From NCBI GenBank assembly GCA_016875875.1, contig VGOP01000006.1:6203-70202 (forward strand): 64,000 nucleotides of DNA, given 5' to 3'. This document shows positions 16,067-25,681 of this stretch, piece by piece (position 1 is the first letter of the stretch; the number at the start of each line of letters is the position of its first letter). The notes under the pieces are model-generated. The model was not told where the DNA came from. It ran no database searches and worked only from the letters and a program-made list of their open reading frames with translations. Position numbers and translations under genes: made by a program. This DNA comes from Chloroflexota bacterium. Its GTDB lineage: Bacteria; Chloroflexota; Dehalococcoidia; GIF9; UBA5629.

Positions 16067-18766
16067 ATGATTGTCGGCGAAGAGACTAGAATTATGAACC
16101 TGACTATAGACGAGCAGCAGGTCAATGTAAAGGAGGGTGCCACAGTACTTGAGGCAGCCCGACAGGCAGGAATATATATTCCAACATTGTGTTATCATCC
16201 CAGCCTTACTCCATACGGAGCCTGCCGCTTGTGCATCGTAGAGATTGAGAATTTGCGTGGTTTTCCCACGGCCTGTACTACGCCGGTAACTGAAGGCATG
16301 GTGGTAAGAACCAATACTCCACAGCTCCAGGAGCTTAGACGAAGTATCTTTGAACTTATTCTGGCAGAACATCCCAAGCAATGCCTTACCTGCTCTAAGA
16401 ATTTGCGTTGCGAGCTACAAGAGATTGCCTCCCGCATTGGAGTGGAGGAGATTACTCTCTCCCCTATCCGCAAGGAGCTACCGGTTTACCAGGACAGCCC
16501 ATTTTTCGACCGCGATTACAATCTTTGCATACTCTGCGGCCGTTGCGTCCGAGTATGTCAAGAGGTTAGAGGAGCTGGAGCAATTACCTTTACCTATCGA
16601 GGCAGCCAGGCATTAGTCGGCACTGCTTTTGACAAGACATTGGAAGACTCAGGATGTCAATTCTGCGGGGCTTGTGTTGATATCTGTCCCACCGGCGCCC
16701 TGATGGACCGCTACAGCAAGTGGCTGGGGCTACCTGAACGCTCAGTAATTACCACCTGCCCCTACTGTGGAGTTGGTTGCCAGTTAAGCCTCGAAGTAAA
16801 TGGAGGCAAGGTTGTCCGTTCAGTACCCGTCCTGGAAAATTCAGTAAATCAAGGACAGGCCTGTGTCAAAGGGCGTTTTGGCATTGCTGAGTTTGTCCAT
16901 CATACTGAACGCTTGACCACACCCTTAATACGAAAGAACGGTGAACTTGTTGAGGCAAGCTGGGATGAGGCCTTAGACTTAATAGCAGACAAGCTGGGCA
17001 GATACAAAGGAGACCAATTCGCCTTTATCGCCTCAGCTAAGTGCACCAATGAAGAAAACTATGTGGCACAAAAATTCACACGCATAGTAATGCAGACCAA
17101 CAATGTGGACCACTGTGCCCGTCTCTGACATTCCCCCACGGTGGCCGGTCTGGCCGCCAGTTTCGGTAGCGGTGCTATGACCAACTCTATCAGCGAAATC
17201 AAAGATGCTGCCTGTATCTTAGTCATCGGCAGCAATACCAGCGCCGGTCATCCGGTTATTGCACTGGAAATAAAGAAGGCAGTGCGCGATGGTGGCAGAC
17301 TTATCGTTGCCAATCCTCGAGAGATTGAGCTTTGCCGCTATGCTGATATATGGCTGAGACACCTTCCGGGCAGTGACGTTGCCCTGCTCATGGGCATGAT
17401 GAAGGTTATTTCAGACGAAGAACTGGCTGAGCTACCCTTTATCAGCGAATGCTGTGACAATTTCGACAACTTCAAGGAATCGCTGAAGAATTTTGACCTT
17501 GACTTCGTAGAAAAGGCTACTGGTGTGCCACAAAACACTATAATCGAGGCAGCTCGATTATATGCCACGTGCAAACCGGCAACCATAATTTATGCCATGG
17601 GCATTACCCAGCACAGCCATGGTACTGACAACGTACTGGCAGTCGCTAACCTGGCTATGTTGACCGGCAATATGGGCAGGCCTTCAACCGGTGTAAATCC
17701 ACTGCGGGGGCAGAACAATGTCCAGGGTGCCTGTGACATGGGCGCCTTGCCCAACGTTTACACCGGCTATCAAAGGGTTGACAATCCTGACATTCAAAAG
17801 AAGTTTGAAATCGCCTGGAGAAGTGACTTGAGTCCAACTCCGGGATTAACCTTAACAGAGATGCTCGATGCTGCTTGCGATGGGAAGATTAAAGCAATTT
17901 ACGTAATGGGCGAGAATCCGATATTGAGCGATGCTGACGCCAACCACACTGAGAAGGCACTGAAAAAGCTAGAACTCTTAATAGTTCAAGACCTTTTCCT
18001 GACCGAGACCGCACGGCTGGCAGATGTAGTTTTGCCAGCAGTCAGCTTCGCCGAAAAGGATGGCACTTTCACCAATACCGAACGGCGCATACAACGAGTG
18101 AAAAAGGCAATCGAACCTGTAGGCAACTCCAAGCCTGACTGGTGGATTATATGCCAGCTGGCCAGGAGAATGGGTGCCCAGAATTTCGACTTCGAGAACC
18201 CATCTGAAGTGATGGAGGAAATCGCCAGATTGACGCCCAGCTATGGAGGCGTCAGCTACGAACGCCTGGAAGAATGTGGACTGCAATGGCCTTGTCCAAC
18301 TAAAGACCACCCAGGGACACCTATATTGCACGTAGGTAGATTCGTCTGCGGCCTGGGAAAATTCACACCGCTGCAATATAAGCCACCTGCTGAGCTACCT
18401 GACAAAGAATATCCGCTCATGCTTACCACGGGGCGCAGCCTGTATCACTATCACACTGGCACCATGACACGGAAGATCACCGGCCTCAATGCCCTTGAAC
18501 CAGAGGGGGTAGTAGAGATAAATCCGTCGAATGCTTCTTCCCTGAAAATTAAGGATGGCAATATAGTCAAAGTGGTTTCACGTCGCGGTGAATTAACAGC
18601 CAAGGCAAAAGTAACTGAGAAGTCACCACAAAATGTTGTTTACATGACCTTCCATTTCGCTGAGAGCGCAGTCAATCTACTGACTAACCCGGCATTAGAC
18701 CCAATAGCCAAAATCCCAGAACTGAAAGTATGCGCCGTCAAAATTGAAAAAGCGCCCAAGAAATAA
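16067..18766 (+). CDS. fdhA: formate dehydrogenase alpha subunit (NuoG-like N-terminal Fe-S domains + molybdopterin oxidoreductase), selenocysteine-containing; in-frame TGA at 17126-17128 read as Sec
   Basis: N-terminal 2Fe-2S/4Fe-4S motifs ('CYHPSLTPYGACRLC', 'CILCGRCVRVC', 'CQFCGACVDICPTG') and MopB start 'TCPYCGVGCQL'. The reading frame continues across the TGA as '...[29 protein letters not shown]', the conserved Sec-site context of FdhF/FdhA. The ORF track splits it into 16067-17128 and 17141-18766. Confidence 0.8.
17129..17165 (+). promoter_or_regulatory. SECIS-like stem-loop immediately 3' of the Sec UGA
   Basis: CAUUCCCCCAC-GGUGGCC-GGUCU-GGCCGCC: 7-bp stem (one G-U pair) with apical loop GGUCU, 12 nt after the UGA. 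This resembles the apical hairpin of the E. coli fdhF SECIS. Confidence 0.55.
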
Positions 18767-18796
18767 ATACACGGAGCTGCCGGGATAATAAAGATT

Positions 18797-19282
18797 ATGT
18801 CAACTGATTTAAGAAAACAAATGCGTGAGCTACTTGACCCTTTGCAGGGGCACAAAGTCATTCTAATACCAGCTCTCCAGGCTGTGCAAGAGAAATTTGG
18901 CTATTTGCCTGAAGCGGCCATGGAGGAAATCGGACGCGTGGCTGGCGTGTCGCCAAACGTGGTCTACGGAGTAGCCAGCTTCTACGCACAGTTCAGGACA
19001 ACTCCCGTAGGCAAAAAACATGTTACAGTATGCCAGGGCACTGCATGCCACGTGCGCGGCGCCGCCCGAATTCTGGAAGCTATTGAACGTGCTCTGGATA
19101 TTAAAGCAGGTGAAACAACCCCCGACCTAGGGTATAGCCTGGAAACAGTTGCCTGCATAGGAGCCTGCGCACTTGCCCCTACACTGAGAGTAAACGAGGA
19201 CACCCATGGCAAGTTAACTACGAACGATATCGAAAAACTTTTCTCGAAAATTGCTAGACAAGAGGAGACTTCTGACTCGTAA
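18797..19282 (+). CDS. NuoE/HydC-like [2Fe-2S] subunit (second paralog)
   Basis: 'VILIPALQAVQEKFGYLPEAAMEEI...CQGTACHVRGAARI...CIGACALAP'. Confidence 0.8.
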   Translation: MSTDLRKQMRELLDPLQGHKVILIPALQAVQEKFGYLPEAAMEEIGRVAGVSPNVVYGVASFYAQFRTTPVGKKHVTVCQGTACHVRGAARILEAIERALDIKAGETTPDLGYSLETVACIGACALAPTLRVNEDTHGKLTTNDIEKLFSKIARQEETSDS

Positions 19283-21141
19283 TGGAAGCAAAGCTAAATG
19301 GCGAATATACAATCCTTGTATGTCAAGGAACCGGCTGCGTATCTTCTAAATCTGACAGAATTACCCAGGCGCTCGAGAACCATATTAAGCAATCAGGACT
19401 GTCTAAAAACGTGCATGTAAAACTTACCGGGTGCCACGGTTTCTGCCAGCAAGGCCCTATCGTCATTGTTGAACCTGAAGGGATTTTTTATACCCAGGTC
19501 AAAGAAGAAGATGTGGCAGAAATCGTACAATCCCATATTGTAGACAGGAAATACGTAGAACGATTGTTTTATCATAACCCTGTCACCGACGAGGTTATTC
19601 CTCTATACAAGGATATCCCTTTTTACAGTCGGCAACACCGCCTAATACTGCGTAACTGCGGGCATATCAACCCTGAACAAATTGACGATTATCTGGCTAC
19701 TGGCGGCTATGCAGCATTGAAAAAGGCTATTTCCGAAATGGAACACACCCAAATCATTGAGGAGATTAACCGTTCAGGACTGCGGGGAAGAGGTGGTGCC
19801 GGATTTCCCACAGGGAAGAAATGGGACGAGGCCCATAAAGCAAAAGAACAGCCCAAATATGTGGTATGTAATGCCGATGAGGGAGACCCGGGAGCATTTA
19901 TGGACCGTTCTGTTCTAGAAGCCGACCCGCACTCTGTTATTGAAGGGATGGCTATCGCTGGCTATGCTATCGGCACATCTGAAGGCTATATATATGTCCG
20001 CGCTGAGTACCCATTGGCAGTGAAGCGGCTCCGCATTGCCATAGCACAAGCCAAGGAACGCAAACTACTAGGAAAAAATATCATGGGCAGCGGATTCAAC
20101 TTCGACATCGAGATAATGCAGGGTGCTGGGGCTTTCGTTTGCGGCGAAGGCAGTGCCCTGATGTATTCAATAGAAGGCAAGCGAGGAATGCCCCGGGTAA
20201 GGCCGCCGCGGTCAGTGGCAGCAGGGCTGTGGGGCAAACCTACATCTCTGAATAACGTCAAAACATATGCCAGCGTACCCTTGATTATCAACAGGGGTGC
20301 AGACTGGTATAGAAGTATAGGCACCGAGGGCAGCAAAGGAACAGCAGTGTTTGCTCTCACCGGCAAGATAGCCAATAGCGGCCTGATTGAAGTACCAATG
20401 GGAGCTACTCTCCGCGAGGTCGTTTTTGACATTGGAGGTGGTGTCCAGGAGGGCAAGAAATTCAAAGCTGTTCAGACAGGCGGCCCGTCTGGTGGCTGTT
20501 TGCCTGAGAGTGCATTAGACCTAACGATCGACTTCGAGTCACTAACTAAGGCCGGTTCTATGATGGGGTCTGGAGGCATGGTGGTAATGGATACAGACAC
20601 TTGCATGGTAGACCTGGCACGTTTTTTCCTCAACTTCTGCTGCAATGAATCATGTGGCAAGTGCGTGCCATGCCGAGAGGGACTGCCTCTAATGATTGAC
20701 ATCATGCACAAGATAACCCGAGGTGAAGGAGATTTACACGATATCGACCACCTGCTTGATTTAGGTGAGACAGTAACGAAGAGTGCCCTATGCGGATTGG
20801 GAACAACCGCCCCTAACCCTGTGCTGTCAAGTATTCGCTATTTCCGGGACGAGTGGGAGGCTCATGTCATCGACAAAAAGTGCCCGGCACTAGTGTGCAA
20901 GGCTCTTATAAATTTCTACGTACTCCCCGACAAATGCGCTGGCTGTGGTATCTGCCTCCGAGCCTGCCCTGTGGAGGCAATCAGCGGGGGCAAGAGGCTA
21001 GTCCACGTCATCGACCAGGAGAAATGCATCAAGTGTGCAACTTGCCTCGAGAAATGCCCTGAGCGCTTCAGCGCCATAGCCAAGGTGACAGGAGAGCAAA
21101 TCGCCGTGCCCAAAGAGCCAGTACCGATAGGCACACCTTAA
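19282..21141 (+). CDS. NuoF/HydB-like flavoprotein subunit (second paralog) with a C-terminal 2x[4Fe-4S] domain
   Basis: 'GLRGRGGAGFPTGKKW...CNADEGDPGAF', 'ESCGKCVPCR', 'CAGCGICLRACP...CIKCATCLEKCP'. About 60-65% identical to 14145-16055 over the core. Confidence 0.85.
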   Translation: MEAKLNGEYTILVCQGTGCVSSKSDRITQALENHIKQSGLSKNVHVKLTGCHGFCQQGPIVIVEPEGIFYTQVKEEDVAEIVQSHIVDRKYVERLFYHNPVTDEVIPLYKDIPFYSRQHRLILRNCGHINPEQIDDYLATGGYAALKKAISEMEHTQIIEEINRSGLRGRGGAGFPTGKKWDEAHKAKEQPKYVVCNADEGDPGAFMDRSVLEADPHSVIEGMAIAGYAIGTSEGYIYVRAEYPLAVKRLRIAIAQAKERKLLGKNIMGSGFNFDIEIMQGAGAFVCGEGSALMYSIEGKRGMPRVRPPRSVAAGLWGKPTSLNNVKTYASVPLIINRGADWYRSIGTEGSKGTAVFALTGKIANSGLIEVPMGATLREVVFDIGGGVQEGKKFKAVQTGGPSGGCLPESALDLTIDFESLTKAGSMMGSGGMVVMDTDTCMVDLARFFLNFCCNESCGKCVPCREGLPLMIDIMHKITRGEGDLHDIDHLLDLGETVTKSALCGLGTTAPNPVLSSIRYFRDEWEAHVIDKKCPALVCKALINFYVLPDKCAGCGICLRACPVEAISGGKRLVHVIDQEKCIKCATCLEKCPERFSAIAKVTGEQIAVPKEPVPIGTP

Positions 21142-21156
21142 ACATAGCGTGTAAAA

Positions 21157-22959
21157 ATGGGTATTATTACTCTAACTATAGACGGTATAGAGGTCAGGAC
21201 TACCGAGGGCAAAAGAATCCTGGAAGCAGCACTGGATGCTGGCATTTACATCCCTAATTTGTGTGCGCTGCGAGATATTAAACTGCCTTTCGGAGCCTGC
21301 CGTCTATGCCAGGTGCAAATAGAAGGCAGACGGAGCGCCATCACCGCCTGCAGCGAACCCGCAGTCAACGGCATGGTCATTCTGAGCAACACACCTGAAG
21401 TAAACAGCCTGCGCCAAAAAATTCTAGAAGTAATGCTGGCCAGGCATCCACATGACTGCCTAACCTGCTGGAGGAGGGAGAGATGCCAGCCATTCGATAT
21501 ATGCCTGCGCAATGTGGCAGTAACTGAGCGCTGTGTTACCTGCCCAAAAAACGGACGGTGTGAACTCCAGCAAGCAGTTGATTTCATCGGCCTTGATGGA
21601 ATGCCTTTCCCCTACACCCCCAAAGGACTACCTGTCGAAAGGGACAATCCTTTCATTGTCCGCGACAACAATCTGTGTATTCTCTGTGGCCGTTGTATTA
21701 GGGTCGACCAGGAGATGTTGGGCTTCGAAGCTATAGCTTTCAATCTCCGCGGAGCCAGGACTTATATCGGCGGCGCATTCGGAAAACCCCTTATCGAGTC
21801 GGGATGCACCTTCTGCGGTTCCTGCGTAGAAGTTTGTCCGGTAGGAGCACTGATGGACCGCGGCGACGAATGGAATCGATGGCCTGACCGTGAGGCCGCT
21901 TCAATCCGCTGCAAATATGCCTGCCCTGTAATGTTAGATGTACCACGCTTCATACGTTTCATCAGGGAAGGAAAATATGCCGAAGCCGTGGCTGTTATCC
22001 GCGAAAATGTTCCTTTCGCTTCCATCTGTAGCCTTATTTGCGAGCATCCTTGCGAAATTGCCTGCCGCCGCCGCGATCTCGACCAGCCTGTTGCCATCAG
22101 AGCCTTAGAGCGCTTTGCCGTCGAACGTTCCGGCAAGGCTGAGCCTGTGAAAGGCTCAAAAGCTGCGGCCTCAGGCAAAAAGGTAGCCATCGTCGGATCA
22201 GGGCCTACGGGGCTTACCGCGGCCTATTACCTAGCCAAAAAAGGTGGACATGCCGTGACCATATTTGAAAGCTCCAGTCAGCCCGGTGGCATGATGCGAA
22301 CATCGATACCTGAATATACACTGCCTCGAAATATCCTGGATGCAGAAATAGAAGCCCTGACAAAGCTGGGAGTTAAAATAAAAACTAAGTCCAAGGTAGA
22401 ATCGGTTGACAAGCTAATTAAAGAAGGCTACGATGCCGTGCTTTTGGCTATCGGAGGCATGCCGGAAATCCCTGAACAATTTGGCGTTGAGGTCAACGAG
22501 GAAAATGCCATCCAGGTTGACACTGAAAACCTGATGACGAACAAAAAGGGCGTCTTTGCTGGGGGTGATACAGTGACTAAAAAATCGTCATTTATTGAAG
22601 CCGTGGCTGCCGGCAGGAAAGCAGCAATCTCCATTGATAGATACCTGGGTGGTAGCGGCGACATCAGCGAAGTCCTGGCACCTGTCATAGAAGGTGTACC
22701 CAGGGTAGGCAGAATTGACAATTTCGCTCAAAGAAAAAGGCAAGAGATGCCTACGGCAAAGCCAGCCAAGCAAATTGGCAACTTCACCCAAGTCGAGCTC
22801 GGGTTCAGCGATGGGCTAGGAAATGAAGAGGCAAAGCGATGCATGGGCTGCGATCTGAGATTTGCCGTGGCTCGCATGGTAGCTGGTCCAGAAGACAAAG
22901 TTAATAAGGCGGGTAGAGAGATTGAACCCTCCCTCTATTCGTCATCGCGAGGAGCGTAA
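21157..22959 (+). CDS. fusion of NuoG/HydA-like N-terminal Fe-S ferredoxin domains with a GltD/NfnB-like FAD/NAD(P)H-binding domain (StnA-like)
   Basis: N-terminus 'CALRDIKLPFGACRLC', 'CILCGRCIRV', 'CTFCGSCVEVCPVG'; C-terminus 'KVAIVGSGPTGLTAAYYLAKKGGHAVTIFESSSQPGGMMRTSIPEYTLPR ... GVFAGGD'. The last six codons and stop lie inside repeat copy B. Confidence 0.75.
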   Translation: MGIITLTIDGIEVRTTEGKRILEAALDAGIYIPNLCALRDIKLPFGACRLCQVQIEGRRSAITACSEPAVNGMVILSNTPEVNSLRQKILEVMLARHPHDCLTCWRRERCQPFDICLRNVAVTERCVTCPKNGRCELQQAVDFIGLDGMPFPYTPKGLPVERDNPFIVRDNNLCILCGRCIRVDQEMLGFEAIAFNLRGARTYIGGAFGKPLIESGCTFCGSCVEVCPVGALMDRGDEWNRWPDREAASIRCKYACPVMLDVPRFIRFIREGKYAEAVAVIRENVPFASICSLICEHPCEIACRRRDLDQPVAIRALERFAVERSGKAEPVKGSKAAASGKKVAIVGSGPTGLTAAYYLAKKGGHAVTIFESSSQPGGMMRTSIPEYTLPRNILDAEIEALTKLGVKIKTKSKVESVDKLIKEGYDAVLLAIGGMPEIPEQFGVEVNEENAIQVDTENLMTNKKGVFAGGDTVTKKSSFIEAVAAGRKAAISIDRYLGGSGDISEVLAPVIEGVPRVGRIDNFAQRKRQEMPTAKPAKQIGNFTQVELGFSDGLGNEEAKRCMGCDLRFAVARMVAGPEDKVNKAGREIEPSLYSSSRGA

Positions 22960-23104
22960 GCGACATGACGCTCTCGATGATAGGAAGGCTGAATGTAGGG
23001 ACAGACCTTCAGGTCTGTCCGTGGCATTACAGACATGCGTTTCGGACAGGTCTAAAGACCTGTCCCTACATGCTGTGTGATTGCCACGCTTCGCTCGCAA
23101 TGAC
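22941..23104. repeat. structured palindromic MITE/REP-like element, copy B (~164 nt)
   Basis: Ends GTCATCGCGAGGAG ... GATTGCCACGCTTCGCTCGCAATGAC. Interior holds two 10-bp hairpins (GGACAGACCT-tc-AGGTCTGTCC and GGACAGGTCT-aa-AGACCTGTCC) flanked by GTAGGG/CCCTAC. Confidence 0.75.
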
Positions 23105-23211
23105 AGAAGGGAAAGGCTTGGAATGGGGAGGAATTAATAAGTATTTTATTCGATAATACAGTTTTGAATAAATCATGAATTGTTCCAATCGGTCTCATTC
23201 CGGGGGCGATT

Positions 23212-24051
23212 ATGTATAAAATTGTGGCTAAAGAGAAGCTCTGTCCTGTAGTCGACTTCATGAAAATCGAGGCACCGGCAGTAGCCAAAAAGGCTAAAGC
23301 AGGCCAATTTGTCGTTGTCCGAGTTGATGAGGTTGGCGAACGCATCCCGCTTACCCTAGCCGATTGGGATGATAAAGAGGGCACTGTTACCCTTGTAGCC
23401 ATGCAGGTAGGAACCACTACCTATAAACTAGCCAAACTCAACACCGGTGACCAAATATTAGATTTGATTGGCCCTCTAGGATTATCTTCAGAAATAGATA
23501 ATTTCGGCACTGTGGTCTGTGTTGGCGGTGGCGTTGGCGTAGCTCCTGTATATCCGATAGCCAGAGCGCTAAAGCAAGCCGGAAACAAGGTTATCACCAT
23601 AATGGGCGCACGAAGCAAAGACCTGCTTTTCTGGGAAGACCGCCTGAGAAGCGTCAGCCACGAGCTGATAGTCACCACCGATGATGGCTCCTACGCCCGC
23701 AAGGGAGTGGTCACCGAGCCCTTGAAGGAAATATTGGAGAAAAACAAACAAATCAGCCGTGTCATTGCCATCGGCCCGGCTATAATGATGAAATTCTGCT
23801 CTTTAACCACCAAGCCTTTTGGCGTCACCACCCTTGTTAGCCTCAACTCGATTATGGTCGATGGCACCGGCATGTGCGGCTGCTGCCGCGCTTCTGTAGA
23901 GGGTAGCACCAAGTTCGTCTGCGTTGACGGCCCGGAATTCGATGGGCACCAGGTTGACTGGGACCTTGTGTTCAACCGCCAGCGGATTTACTGTGATGAA
24001 GAAAGGCAATCACTGGAACTGTGGAAAACCCACCAGTGTCAGCATTCTTAA
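23212..24051 (+). CDS. nfnA: NfnA/SudB/PyrK-like FAD- and [2Fe-2S]-binding subunit of an NADH-dependent ferredoxin:NADP+ oxidoreductase
   Basis: 279-aa FNR-like protein: 'KAGQFVVVRVDEVGERIPLTLADWD', 'GGGVGVAPVYPIARAL', C-terminal Cys cluster 'CGCCRASVEGSTKFVCVDGPEF'. Confidence 0.75.
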   Translation: MYKIVAKEKLCPVVDFMKIEAPAVAKKAKAGQFVVVRVDEVGERIPLTLADWDDKEGTVTLVAMQVGTTTYKLAKLNTGDQILDLIGPLGLSSEIDNFGTVVCVGGGVGVAPVYPIARALKQAGNKVITIMGARSKDLLFWEDRLRSVSHELIVTTDDGSYARKGVVTEPLKEILEKNKQISRVIAIGPAIMMKFCSLTTKPFGVTTLVSLNSIMVDGTGMCGCCRASVEGSTKFVCVDGPEFDGHQVDWDLVFNRQRIYCDEERQSLELWKTHQCQHS

Positions 24052-24066
24052 AATCGGAGAGTAAAG

Positions 24067-25488
24067 GTGGAGGAAAAAGCCAAACCAAAGCTCGATTTGA
24101 ATAGAGTGGCTATGCCCCGCCAAGACCCGAAAGCCAGGGCAAGAAACTTCAATGAGGTGGCGCTGGGCTATACTCACGACATGGCACTTCAGGAAGCCAA
24201 CCGCTGTATTCAATGCCCCAAGCGTCCCTGTGCTGACGGCTGTCCGGTTAATGTAGACATCCCCGAATTCATCAAGGCAATACGAGACAATGATATGGCC
24301 GAGTCGGTGAGGATAATGAAGGGCAAAAATGCCCTACCAGGCATCTGCGGACGGGTCTGCCCACAGGAGACACAATGCGAGGAGGTATGCACACTATCCA
24401 AGAAAGGCGCACCAATAGCCATCGGCAGGCTGGAACGATATGTGGCTGACTGGGAACGGGAACATAGCGCAGAGCTGGCTACATCTCCCAACCTACTACC
24501 ATCGACAGGCAAGAAGGTGGCTGTAATCGGCTCAGGGCCTGCGGGACTGACCTGCGCCGCCGACCTAGTTAAATTCGGACACAAAGTGACCATCTTCGAG
24601 GCGCTACATGTTGCCGGCGGAGTGTTGATGTACGGTATACCCGAGTTCAGGCTACCCAAAGCCATTGTCCAGGGTGAGGTAGATTATGTCAAGTCACTGG
24701 GGGTAGAAGTCAGGCTTGACTCGGTGATGGGCAAACTGGCCACTGTGGATGAGCTACTGGAGAGCAACTATGATGCCGTCTTCCTGGGCACCGGTGCCGG
24801 GTTGCCCATGTTCCTGGATATACCCGGCGAGAATTTCAACGGCGTCTATTCAGCCAACGAATTCCTCACCCGTGTGAACTTGATGAAAGCCTATCTCTTC
24901 CCCGAGTACGATACCCCAATAAAGATAGGAAAGAAAGTAGCCGTTGTCGGCGGTGGTAATGTAGCTATGGACTCTGCCCGCTGTGCTTTGAGACTGGGCG
25001 CAGATGAAGTTTACATCATATACCGACGGTCTCGGGTTGAGATGCCAGCAAGACATGAGGAGGTGGAAAACGCCGAGGAGGAAGGGATTATCTTTAAGCT
25101 CCTCACCAATCCGAAACGATTTATAGGCAATGACCAGGGCTGGGTAACGGCAATGGAGTGCTACGGAATGGAACTCGGTGAGCCTGATGCCAGCGGCAGA
25201 CGCCGCCCCATCATTAAGGAAGGCAGCGAGTTCACCATTGAGGTTGATGTAGCCGTTGTGGCGCTGGGAACTACTCCCAACCCTCTGATTCCATCTACCA
25301 CAAAGGGACTGGAGACGAGGAAAAACGGCACTGTGATGGCTAATGAGGAAACGGGCAAGACAGTAAAGGACAGGGTCTGGGCGGGAGGTGATGTCGTCAC
25401 CGGCGCCGCCACCGTTATCAGCGCCATGGGTGCTGGCAAGCGAGCTGCCGCCTCAATAGATGCCCATCTAAAAAGCACCAAGTCCTAA
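24067..25488 (+). CDS. nfnB: NfnB/GltD/SudA-like subunit (2x[4Fe-4S] + FAD + NADPH)
   Basis: 'RCIQCPKRPCADGCPVNVDIPEF...CGRVCPQETQCEEVC', 'KKVAVIGSGPAGLTCAADLVKFGHKVTIFEA...GGVLMYGIPEFRLPK', 'VWAGGDVVTGAATV'. Confidence 0.85.
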   Translation: MEEKAKPKLDLNRVAMPRQDPKARARNFNEVALGYTHDMALQEANRCIQCPKRPCADGCPVNVDIPEFIKAIRDNDMAESVRIMKGKNALPGICGRVCPQETQCEEVCTLSKKGAPIAIGRLERYVADWEREHSAELATSPNLLPSTGKKVAVIGSGPAGLTCAADLVKFGHKVTIFEALHVAGGVLMYGIPEFRLPKAIVQGEVDYVKSLGVEVRLDSVMGKLATVDELLESNYDAVFLGTGAGLPMFLDIPGENFNGVYSANEFLTRVNLMKAYLFPEYDTPIKIGKKVAVVGGGNVAMDSARCALRLGADEVYIIYRRSRVEMPARHEEVENAEEEGIIFKLLTNPKRFIGNDQGWVTAMECYGMELGEPDASGRRRPIIKEGSEFTIEVDVAVVALGTTPNPLIPSTTKGLETRKNGTVMANEETGKTVKDRVWAGGDVVTGAATVISAMGAGKRAAASIDAHLKSTKS

Positions 25489-25581
25489 GCACCAAATTTC
25501 AAATAGTCGAACTTGGGAATTTGCTTCTATTTTCACTACGGATGTAGGTTGGAGCGCAGATGCTCCAACCTACCCAAGAAG

Positions 25582-25673
25582 GTCATCGCGAGGAGCAATG
25601 GCAACGTGGCGATCTCAGCAAAAGGCAGACGCTGGTTGCCAGGCAGAGATTGCTTCGCTGCGCTCGCAATGAC
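25582..25673. repeat. structured palindromic MITE/REP-like element, copy C, preceded by a 12-bp-stem hairpin at 25544-25573
   Basis: GTCATCGCGAGGAGCAATGGCAACGTGGCGATC ... GATTGCTTCGCTGCGCTCGCAATGAC. Upstream hairpin GTAGGTTGGAGC-gcagat-GCTCCAACCTAC. Confidence 0.7.
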
Positions 25674-25681
25674 GGATTTGT

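Noticed and set aside
16067-18766. Two separate ORFs (16067-17128 and 17141-18766) as called by the ORF track
   Set aside because: The same frame continues through a single TGA in a conserved Sec-site context with a SECIS-like hairpin. I treat it as one selenoprotein gene, not a split gene or pseudogene.
22965-23156. 63-aa ORF
   Set aside because: It lies inside repeat copy B, the palindromic sequence generates spurious ORFs, and there is no RBS.
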